From NCBI GenBank assembly GCA_036565325.1, contig DATCNF010000133.1, positions 1 through 44,244 of the forward strand: a stretch of DNA of 44,244 nt, read 5' to 3'. Positions 17,642-24,552 of this stretch are shown piece after piece. Source of the stretch: Candidatus Dormiibacterota bacterium (lineage in GTDB: Bacteria > Chloroflexota > Dormibacteria > Dormibacterales > Dormibacteraceae). The notes beneath the pieces are model-generated. The model was given only the letters and a program-made list of their open reading frames with translations, did no database searches and was not told the origin of the DNA. Every line of letters begins with the position of its first letter. Position 1 is the stretch's first letter. Position numbers and translations under genes: made by a program.

Positions 17642-19087
17642 GTGGCCACCGGTCTGGTCGAGCGCCTGTCAGAGATCGTCGGGAACTCGTGGCTGGTCCG
17701 CGACCTCGAGGCGCTGGAGGAATACGGGCACGACGCCACCTTCATGGAGTCGGCGCCCCTGTGCGCGGTGAGGCCGGCCTCCACCGAGGAGGTGGCCGCG
17801 GTGGTGCGCGAGGCGGCGGCCGCCGGCGTGCCCGTGGTCGCCCGCGGGGCCGGGACCTCGCTGGTCGGCGGGCCGGTGCCGCTGGCCGCGGGCGTGGTGG
17901 TGAGCCTGGACCGGCTGACGGGCCTCGAGATCGATGCGCCGAACACGGTTGCCGTGGTGGGCGCGGGCGTGATCACGGCCGCCCTGGACGAGGCGGCGGC
18001 CGCGCATGGGCTCATGTACCCGCCCGACCCCGCCTCCTACGAGATGTCGACGATCGGCGGCAACGTGGCCTGCAACTCGGGCGGCATGCGCTGCGTGAAG
18101 TACGGCGTGACCGCCGACTACGTGATCGGGATGACGGTCGTGCTGGCAACCGGCGAGGTGCTGAGGCTGGGCGGGAAGCTGCGCAAGCGGGCGTCCGGGT
18201 ACCGCACCATGCAGCTCTTCATCGGCTCCGAGGGGACGCTTGGGATCGTGACCGAGGTGATCGTCAAGCTGATCCCCCGGCCGCGCTTCGTGGCCACCGC
18301 GATGGTCGGCTTCCGGCGCCTGGAGGACGCCGGCAGTGCCGTGGCGCGGGCCCTGGCGGCGGGTCACTTTCCGGCGGCCATCGAGATCCTGGACCGGGGC
18401 TCGCTGGAGCTGGTCGCCGAGAAGCTGCCGCCCGGCTTCGAGCCCGAGCTGCAGGCGGTGCTGATCGTCGAGCAGGACGGCAACGACGAGGAGTTCGTGC
18501 AGCTCGACCTCATGAAGATGGTCGAGGTCCTGGACGGCGCCGACAATAGGATCGCCCAGTCCTCTCTGGAGCGCGAGCGGCTCTGGGAGGCGCGGCGCTC
18601 GTTCGGCAAGGTGCTGATGTCGATGCCCAAGAACTTCTTCGCCGAGGACGTGGCGGTGCCGATCGCGGAGATCCCGGAGATGATCCGGCGGGTGCAGGAG
18701 CTGGCGCGCGCGACCGGGTTGCGGATCGTCACCGTTGGGCATGCCGGCGATGGCAACCTGCACCCCACGATCCTGTTCGAGGACTCGCAGCGCGGCCTGG
18801 TCTCGGGGGCGGCGGCGCAGATCTTCAGGGACGCGCTGGCGCTGGGCGGCTCGATCTCCGCCGAGCACGGGCTGGGGGCGCTGAAGCGCGATTACGCGGA
18901 GCTGGAGCACGGCGCGCTGGGCATGGAGCTGATGCGCAGGTTGAAGCAGGCCCTCGACCCGGCGGGCATCTTGAACCCGCACAAGGTCTTCCCCGAACGG
19001 CCGGCGGACGACGCCTTCCTGGAGTCGATGCCGGGCTGGCTGCCGGACCCTGAGCGGCGCCGCCGCAAGGCGGAGCTCGGGCTCTGA
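17642..19087 (+). CDS. FAD-linked oxidase (GlcD / D-lactate dehydrogenase family)
   Basis: 481 aa. PCMH-type FAD-binding domain (VVARGAGTSLVGGPVP, GGNVACNSGG) and a C-terminal FAD-oxidase domain (SAEHGLGALKRDY). GTG start 6 nt after TATCCT. Confidence 0.9.
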   Translation: MATGLVERLSEIVGNSWLVRDLEALEEYGHDATFMESAPLCAVRPASTEEVAAVVREAAAAGVPVVARGAGTSLVGGPVPLAAGVVVSLDRLTGLEIDAPNTVAVVGAGVITAALDEAAAAHGLMYPPDPASYEMSTIGGNVACNSGGMRCVKYGVTADYVIGMTVVLATGEVLRLGGKLRKRASGYRTMQLFIGSEGTLGIVTEVIVKLIPRPRFVATAMVGFRRLEDAGSAVARALAAGHFPAAIEILDRGSLELVAEKLPPGFEPELQAVLIVEQDGNDEEFVQLDLMKMVEVLDGADNRIAQSSLERERLWEARRSFGKVLMSMPKNFFAEDVAVPIAEIPEMIRRVQELARATGLRIVTVGHAGDGNLHPTILFEDSQRGLVSGAAAQIFRDALALGGSISAEHGLGALKRDYAELEHGALGMELMRRLKQALDPAGILNPHKVFPERPADDAFLESMPGWLPDPERRRRKAELGL

Positions 19088-19094
19088 GGCGCCC

Positions 19095-19616
19095 CTACTC
19101 CAGCAGCTTGTAGAGGTAGGTGGTGGCGCCTCGAGTCCCGTCACTGAGCAGCGAGTAGTCGGGGATCACGCCGGCCACCGTCCAACCCAGCTCGCGGTAG
19201 AGGCGCTCCGCGTCGCTGCCGGTCTGGGTGTCGAGGACCAGCGTGGTGCGGCCGCGCTCCCGCGCCAGCGCCTCGACCGCGTCCATGAGCGCGCGCCCTA
19301 TGCCCTGGCGGCGCGCCGACCGGTGCACCAGCAGCTTGGCGACCTCGGCGCGGAAGCGCCCGTTGGGCATCACCGAGGGGTGCAGCTGGACGGTGCCCAC
19401 CAGCGCGCCCTCGGCCCAGGCGCCGAGCAGCAGCACCCGGCCGGCGGCCACATCCGGCAGCAGCGAACGCCACCAGGCAGTGGCATCGACGGTCGAGAAA
19501 GGAATCACGAAGCCCACGCTCGCGCCCCCCTCCACGGCGTCGGCCAGGATCGAGGCCAGCGCGTCCAGCTCGCGTTCGGCGGCGGCCGCGTCGAGCGGGG
19601 CGATGTCGAGACTCAA
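19095..19616 (-). CDS. GNAT-family N-acetyltransferase
   Basis: Acetyl-CoA motif A LLVHRSARRQGIGRALMDAV. TTG 19616 overlaps the upstream stop (TTGA). The ORF-track start at 19706 overlaps the previous gene. Confidence 0.8.
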   Translation of the reverse strand: MSLDIAPLDAAAAERELDALASILADAVEGGASVGFVIPFSTVDATAWWRSLLPDVAAGRVLLLGAWAEGALVGTVQLHPSVMPNGRFRAEVAKLLVHRSARRQGIGRALMDAVEALARERGRTTLVLDTQTGSDAERLYRELGWTVAGVIPDYSLLSDGTRGATTYLYKLLE

Positions 19617-20068
19617 TCGACCAGGCGCAGCTGCATGAAGTAGTCGCGCGGCGTGAAGCCCGCCGCCGCGTACAGTGGCCGCCCGGCCTCCGTCGCCCGC
19701 AGCCACACGCGACCCCGCACTCCCGCCCCGCGTGCGAAGGCCAGCAGCTCCCCGAGCACGGCGTGCGCGACCCCGCGGCCCCGGAAACGGGGCTCGGTGT
19801 ACATGCTCGAGATGTAAGCCTCCGTGCCGCTGACGCCGGGCGACGGCGGCACCTCGTAGAGAGTGATGGCGCCGATCCCGGCGGGCACCCCATCGATCTC
19901 AGCGAGGAAGGCGGCGAGATCGTGACGATCGAGGCGGCCGGCAAGCCAGCCCGCGATCTCACGTTCGATCGTCGCCTCGTCCCAGTCGAAGGGCGGGGGT
20001 GACTGGCGGATGAAGGCCAAACGCAGCCGCGCCCAGGCCGCGACCTCGTCGGCGGTGACCCGGCGCAC
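19613..20068 (-). CDS. GNAT-family N-acetyltransferase
   Basis: MYTEPRFRGRGVAHAVLGELLAFA motif A. GTG 20068 lies 2 nt after the E2 stop. The upstream part of ORF 19613..20167 overlaps E2. Confidence 0.75.
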   Translation of the reverse strand: MRRVTADEVAAWARLRLAFIRQSPPPFDWDEATIEREIAGWLAGRLDRHDLAAFLAEIDGVPAGIGAITLYEVPPSPGVSGTEAYISSMYTEPRFRGRGVAHAVLGELLAFARGAGVRGRVWLRATEAGRPLYAAAGFTPRDYFMQLRLVD

Positions 20069-20070
20069 GT

Positions 20071-20898
20071 TCAGAGCCGCGCCAGCTCCTCTTCGACGCG
20101 CGCCAGCAGGCGGTCGGCGGCGTAGTCGTCGTACGCGCGGCGGTCGTAACACAGCGTGAGGAAACAACGTCCCTCGCGTATCGCTCCTTGCGCGAGGATG
20201 CCGGGCTCGCCCGGGTTCACCAGCGGAAACGCCATCAGGGCGCCGCCGCCGCCGACATTGGTGATCGTGAAGCCCCCGCCGGTCACCTCGTCCGGCCGGA
20301 GTCCCGCTGCCCGCGCCCGCGCTGCCAGATCGGCGATCCGGTCAGACACCTGGTCGAGGTCGAGCGCCGGCACGTCCTTCACCACCGGCACCAGCAGGCC
20401 GCCCGGCACCTCCACCGCCACGCCGACATTGGCGACCGGCACCGCCGCTGCCAGCGCCTTTACGAAGTAGGACGTCCAGCTCCGCGCACCGCGCTGGATG
20501 TGGGACACGTCGACCTCGCGCACGCAGGCGCCCTGGGGGATGCGTGCCCGCGCCTCCTGCATGCGCTCGGCGATGCGCCGTCGCATCGAGCTGAGGCCGC
20601 CGGCGGGCGCCGGGGCCACGGCGGCAGGCGGGGGCTGCGTCATCGCGTGGTGGACGCCGACCCGTGGCCCGTCATCCCCGATCCGCGCGATGACCTGGCC
20701 CACCGGCACCGTCTCGCCGGCCGCGACCAGGATCTCCAGCACCCCGTCCGCCGGCGCCTCCAGCTCGGAGTTGACCTTGTCGGTCTCGATCTCGACCAGC
20801 GGCTCGCCCTTGCGCACGGCCTCCCCGGCCTGCTTGAGCCAGCGCGAGACGGTTCCCTCGACCAGGGTGTCGGCCAGCTTGGGCAGCTCGACGTCCAT
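20071..20898 (-). CDS. Lipoyl-domain E2-like acyltransferase with shortened core, no PSBD, and Arg replacing the catalytic His
   Basis: Lipoyl domain with IETDKV. A Pro/Ala linker runs straight into the core (SSMRRRIAERM, GLLVPVVKD, GGGFTITNVGG). The position of DHRxxDG reads YDRRAYDD (Arg codon 20140-20142). Confidence 0.8.
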   Translation of the reverse strand: MDVELPKLADTLVEGTVSRWLKQAGEAVRKGEPLVEIETDKVNSELEAPADGVLEILVAAGETVPVGQVIARIGDDGPRVGVHHAMTQPPPAAVAPAPAGGLSSMRRRIAERMQEARARIPQGACVREVDVSHIQRGARSWTSYFVKALAAAVPVANVGVAVEVPGGLLVPVVKDVPALDLDQVSDRIADLAARARAAGLRPDEVTGGGFTITNVGGGGALMAFPLVNPGEPGILAQGAIREGRCFLTLCYDRRAYDDYAADRLLARVEEELARL

Positions 20899-20923
20899 GA
20901 CGCCGAGATTATCCGGGCGCCGC

Positions 20924-21313
20924 TTATGAGCTACTCGAACGCCGTCTGACCCAGATCAGCGCCGGCGCCCAGGTCAGGGCGCCGGCTGCCAGGAGCGCCC
21001 ACTCCAGCCCGCGTACGGCGGGCATCTCGACCAGGGCGCCGAAGATGCACATCGACGCCGCGCCCGCCAGCAGGAAGGCCCCCGGGAAGAGCGCCCAGGC
21101 GCTGTACCAGGGCGGGGCGCCTTCGCGGTCGCTGAGGCGGTCGGTGAGGATCACGGCCAGCGCCACCAGCAGCGCGGGCACGCTCATGCTCAGGGCCCAG
21201 GGCGCCTGGACTCCGCCCGCCATGGCCGCGATCAGGGGCTGGATGGCGCAAAGCGTGAGCCCAGCCGGAACCGTGAAAGCGAGCAGCCGAAGGGTGGCCG
21301 AGGCGGGGGGCAT
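20924..21313 (-). CDS. Small hypothetical membrane protein (about 4 TM)
   Basis: ATG 21313 overlaps the upstream stop (TGATG) and lies 7 nt after GGGGAGG. 129 aa, hydrophobic, high GC3. The upstream part of ORF 20924..21673 is shadow. Confidence 0.65.
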   Translation of the reverse strand: MPPASATLRLLAFTVPAGLTLCAIQPLIAAMAGGVQAPWALSMSVPALLVALAVILTDRLSDREGAPPWYSAWALFPGAFLLAGAASMCIFGALVEMPAVRGLEWALLAAGALTWAPALIWVRRRSSSS

Positions 21314-22803
21314 CAAACAACCTCCCCGCTCGCCGGGGAGGTCCCTCGCGGCGCAGCCGCGAGGGGGTGGGGACGTTCCGCCTCTAGCGACCGCTTGAGC
21401 ACGGCGAGAAAGCGCCCGGCGTCGGCGCCGTCGACGGCGCGGTGGTCGACCGACAGGGCCAGGTAAGCCTTGCCGTCGCGCACCGCTCCCACCCGGAGCG
21501 TCGCGCTCTGGCCCGGGCGCACTGCGGGGAGGCCGAGCAGGGAGCCGGAGCTGCCGTAGTCGACCAGGGTGAAGGTGCCGCCGCCGCGGGCGGGGGAGAG
21601 GAGGCCGAGGTCGAGGTCGATCGAGACCTGGTCGTGGAGCAGGATGCCGTCCCAGGTGAAGGTGGCGTTGCACTGGGGGACCGCCGCGCAGGCCTCGGCG
21701 ACCGCGGCCACCACCGCCTCCAGGTGGGCTTCGGGGAGTTCCACTTCGACGACGCTGGTTGCCTCGGGGATGGTGGTGTCGTACGGCTCCCCCACCCCAA
21801 CCCTCCCCGGGGGGGAGGGGGTCTGTTGCATCACCTTTCTAGCCGCCTCGGCGATTCCCCTTCGGTTAGGGATCACCGCGTCTTCCATGCGGTCGGCCAC
21901 CGGGATGCCCCCGATGTCGGGCATGGCGACGCGGGCGGGCGGGACGCGGAGCACGCCCGCTTCGGCGGCCAGGGCGCACAGCTCGGCGCCCAGGCCCATG
22001 GTCAGCGTGTCCTCGTGGACCACCAGGAGGCGGCCGGTCCGGCGCAATGCATTCAGGAGGCCTTCGCGGTCGAGCGGCAGCAGCCAGCGCAGGTCGAGCA
22101 CCTCGGCCTCGATCCCTTCGGCGGCCAGCTCCTCGGCCGCGGCCAGCGCCTCGTGCAGCATCATCCCCCAGCCCACGATGGTCAGGGCGTCGCCGGCGCG
22201 CGCGACCCGCAGCCGCCCGTCGTCGACCACGTGCTCGCCCTCCGGCACCGGGCCGCTGATCGCCCGGTAGGTGCGCTTGTGTTCCAGGAAGAGCACCGGG
22301 TCGGGGTCCCGGATGGCGGCGGTGAGCATCCCCTTGGCGTCGTCCGGGAACGACGGGGCCATCACCTTCAGCCCGGGGACGTGCGCGTAGAACGCCTCCA
22401 CGCTCTGGGAGTGGTAGGGGCCGCCCCGGAACCCGCCGCCGTAGGCGGTGCGCATGACCAGCGGGCACGTCCAATCGCCGCCGGTGCGGTAGCGGAGCCG
22501 GGCGGCTTCGCCGGCCAGGTGGTCCATGGCGGCGTGCATGAAGTCGGCGAACTGGATCTCAGCCACCGGCCGCAGGCCGCGCATGGCGATCCCCATCGAG
22601 ATGCCTGAGATCGCCAGCTCGGCCATCGGCATGTCGATGACGCGCTCGGGCCCGAAGCGGTCGAGCAGCCCCTCGGTGGCGCGGAAGACGCCACCCAGGC
22701 GCCCGATGTCCTCGCCCAGCAGGATGACGCGCTCGTCCCGCGTCATCTCCTCCGCGAGAGACTCGCGGACCGCGTCAAGAAGTGTGAGCGTACGTGTGCT
22801 CAA
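21313..22803 (-). CDS. 2-oxoacid (or acetoin) dehydrogenase E1 beta subunit fused to a partial E2 acyltransferase core domain
   Basis: Residues ~1-325 are E1 beta (LLGEDIGRLGGVF, MPMAELAISG, PSFPDDAKGML). A linker PSPPGRVGVG follows, then ~140 aa with GGTFTLVDYGS and LSVDHRAVDGADAGRFL (His codon 21442-21444). The last ~18 aa are encoded by repeat copy B. TTG start overlaps E1 alpha by 29 nt. Confidence 0.8.
   Translation of the reverse strand: MSTRTLTLLDAVRESLAEEMTRDERVILLGEDIGRLGGVFRATEGLLDRFGPERVIDMPMAELAISGISMGIAMRGLRPVAEIQFADFMHAAMDHLAGEAARLRYRTGGDWTCPLVMRTAYGGGFRGGPYHSQSVEAFYAHVPGLKVMAPSFPDDAKGMLTAAIRDPDPVLFLEHKRTYRAISGPVPEGEHVVDDGRLRVARAGDALTIVGWGMMLHEALAAAEELAAEGIEAEVLDLRWLLPLDREGLLNALRRTGRLLVVHEDTLTMGLGAELCALAAEAGVLRVPPARVAMPDIGGIPVADRMEDAVIPNRRGIAEAARKVMQQTPSPPGRVGVGEPYDTTIPEATSVVEVELPEAHLEAVVAAVAEACAAVPQCNATFTWDGILLHDQVSIDLDLGLLSPARGGGTFTLVDYGSSGSLLGLPAVRPGQSATLRVGAVRDGKAYLALSVDHRAVDGADAGRFLAVLKRSLEAERPHPLAAAPRGTSPASGEVV
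21317..21375 (+). repeat. SD/anti-SD hairpin repeat, copy B, inside the 3' coding tail of the E1beta-E2' gene
   Basis: H1 CCTCCCCG-ctcgc-CGGGGAGG (21321-21341). H2 CCCTCGCGGC-gca-GCCGCGAGGG (21343-21365), then GGTGGGGACG. Relative to copy A, both stems carry a two-sided A:T to G:C change. Confidence 0.8.
21789..21820 (-). repeat. SD/anti-SD hairpin repeat, copy D (inverted relative to copy C), in frame as the E1beta/E2' linker
   Basis: Plus strand: CCCCACCCCAACCCTCCCCGGGGGGGAGGGG, matching the reverse complement of copy C. Minus strand: CCCUCCCC/GGGGAGGG hairpin, then GGGAGG, 6 nt, in-frame GTG (21795), plus four G-runs. Confidence 0.7.
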
Positions 22804-23722
22804 GCACGTCCTCGGGGTCGCCTTCCGGCTGACCCTCCGCCCACTCGGCCGCCTCGGCGGCCACCGTCATCGCCTCCTCGTCGACAGCGTCGGTCCGCGC
22901 TGGGTCCAGCTGCTGACGCAGCAGCAGAAGGGGGTCGCGCCGCCGCGCCTCCTCGACCTCCTCGCGCGTCCGGTAGCGCGTGTCGTCGTCGTTGGACGTG
23001 TTGGGCAGGAACCGGTAGCAACGCGCCTCGATGTACGTCGGCCCCTCTCCGGCTCGGGCCCGCGCGATCGCGCGCTCGGCTGCATCGTGCATCGCCGCCA
23101 CCTCCATGCCGTCGACCGACTCCCCTGGGATGCCGTAGCCGGCGGCACGGGTGGCGATCTCCGGCTGGGCCGTCTCCAGGCGGGAGGGAACCGACTGCGT
23201 GTAGAAGTTGTTCTCGACGCAGAACACGCAGGGCAGCCGGTGGATGGCGGCGATGTTCATCGCCTCGTGCACCTCGCCCTTCTGGGCGCCGCCGTCTCCG
23301 AAGCTGATCCAGGTGACCTGGTCGGTGCCCAGCAGCTTCGATCCCCAGGCCACCCCGACGCCGTGGGTGACGTGGTTGGGCTGCGGGCCCTGCAGGCTGA
23401 CGATGCCGTGCCGGCGCGACCCCCAGTGCGCGTAGGGCTGGCGGCCGTGCGCGCAGGGGTCGTCGCGGCGCGCGAAGAAGTGCAGGAACACCTCGCGCGG
23501 GGTCAGCCCGAGCGCCAGCATCGCCGCCAGGTCGCGGTAGTGCGGGGCCACAAAGTCGTGGCCCGCGCGCAGGGCCAGCCCGTAACCGACGCCGATCGCC
23601 TCGTGCCCCGAGCTGGGCACGGCGAAATGCGCCCGTCCCGACCGCGCCAGCCGCCACATGCGCTCATCCATCTGGCGGGCTGTGGACATGACCTGGTAGG
23701 CGCGGTCGAGATCAAGAGTCAC
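22775..23722 (-). CDS. TPP-dependent 2-oxoacid (or acetoin) dehydrogenase E1 alpha subunit
   Basis: TPP motif GDGGAQKGEVHEAMNIAAIHRLPCVFCVENN. GTG 23722 overlaps the methyltransferase stop (GTGA). The upstream part of ORF 22775..23998 is shadow. Confidence 0.9.
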   Translation of the reverse strand: MTLDLDRAYQVMSTARQMDERMWRLARSGRAHFAVPSSGHEAIGVGYGLALRAGHDFVAPHYRDLAAMLALGLTPREVFLHFFARRDDPCAHGRQPYAHWGSRRHGIVSLQGPQPNHVTHGVGVAWGSKLLGTDQVTWISFGDGGAQKGEVHEAMNIAAIHRLPCVFCVENNFYTQSVPSRLETAQPEIATRAAGYGIPGESVDGMEVAAMHDAAERAIARARAGEGPTYIEARCYRFLPNTSNDDDTRYRTREEVEEARRRDPLLLLRQQLDPARTDAVDEEAMTVAAEAAEWAEGQPEGDPEDVLEHTYAHTS

Positions 23723-24552
23723 CGGCGTGTGATCAGCACCTGCGTGGACCCCTGAAGCTCGATCCGCCCCTCGCCGACCCGGGCGCGCACAACTTCCACC
23801 GCCCGCCTCGCGACCCGCTCCCGCTCCGCGGGCTCCAGCGCCTCCAGCCGCCAGGCGCAGGCCCACCAGCCGCAGGACTTGGCGACCAGGTCCTCCGGGC
23901 TTTCGTAGTGGATGGCTTCCTCGAAGGTGAGGACCAGCGGCTCCCGAAAACCCGCCGCCACCAGTGCCGCCCGCGCCCGGTCGGGATCCATCAGGCACTC
24001 GATCGTGGCCGTGCGGTCGGGCGTGGCCGGGGGCGCGGGAATCCCGGCCAGCGCCTCCTCGATGAGCCGGGCGGCCTCGCGGCCGTGGGAGCGGGCGGGG
24101 AGGCTGGCCGCGAACAGGCCGCCGTCGCGCAGCACGCGCCGCGCCTGCCAGAGCGCGCGCAGGAGGTTGGGGCAGAACTGCAGGCCGTGGCCGCAGGCCA
24201 CGGCGTCGAAGGTGGCGTCCGGGAACTCGAGCTCCTCGATGTCCATCTTCAGCACTTCGACCTGGCTGGGCGCCGCCTGGCGCAGGAGGTCGAGCATGCC
24301 GTCGGCGAGGTCCACCGCCACCACCTGGCCCGCAGGCCCCACGGCCTCCGCCAGCGGCAGGGTGAGCGTGCCCGGGCCGCAGGCCAGGTCCAGCACCCGG
24401 TCGCCCGGCCCCGCGCCCAGCGCCTCGACGACGTGGAACCGGCCGCGGTGCTCGCGGGGGTCCTGGATGCCCATGACGCGGTCCCGGTAGGCCTCCGCGT
24501 GGCGGCTGAAGACGCCGGCGAAAACCTCCTTCGAGCTCAGGGCGCCCGCCAT
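23719..24552 (-). CDS. Class I SAM-dependent methyltransferase (UbiE/Methyltransf_11-like)
   Basis: 277 aa. SAM motif I VLDLACGPGTLTL, then VVAVDLADGML and LRDGGLF. Confidence 0.85.
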   Translation of the reverse strand: MAGALSSKEVFAGVFSRHAEAYRDRVMGIQDPREHRGRFHVVEALGAGPGDRVLDLACGPGTLTLPLAEAVGPAGQVVAVDLADGMLDLLRQAAPSQVEVLKMDIEELEFPDATFDAVACGHGLQFCPNLLRALWQARRVLRDGGLFAASLPARSHGREAARLIEEALAGIPAPPATPDRTATIECLMDPDRARAALVAAGFREPLVLTFEEAIHYESPEDLVAKSCGWWACAWRLEALEPAERERVARRAVEVVRARVGEGRIELQGSTQVLITRR

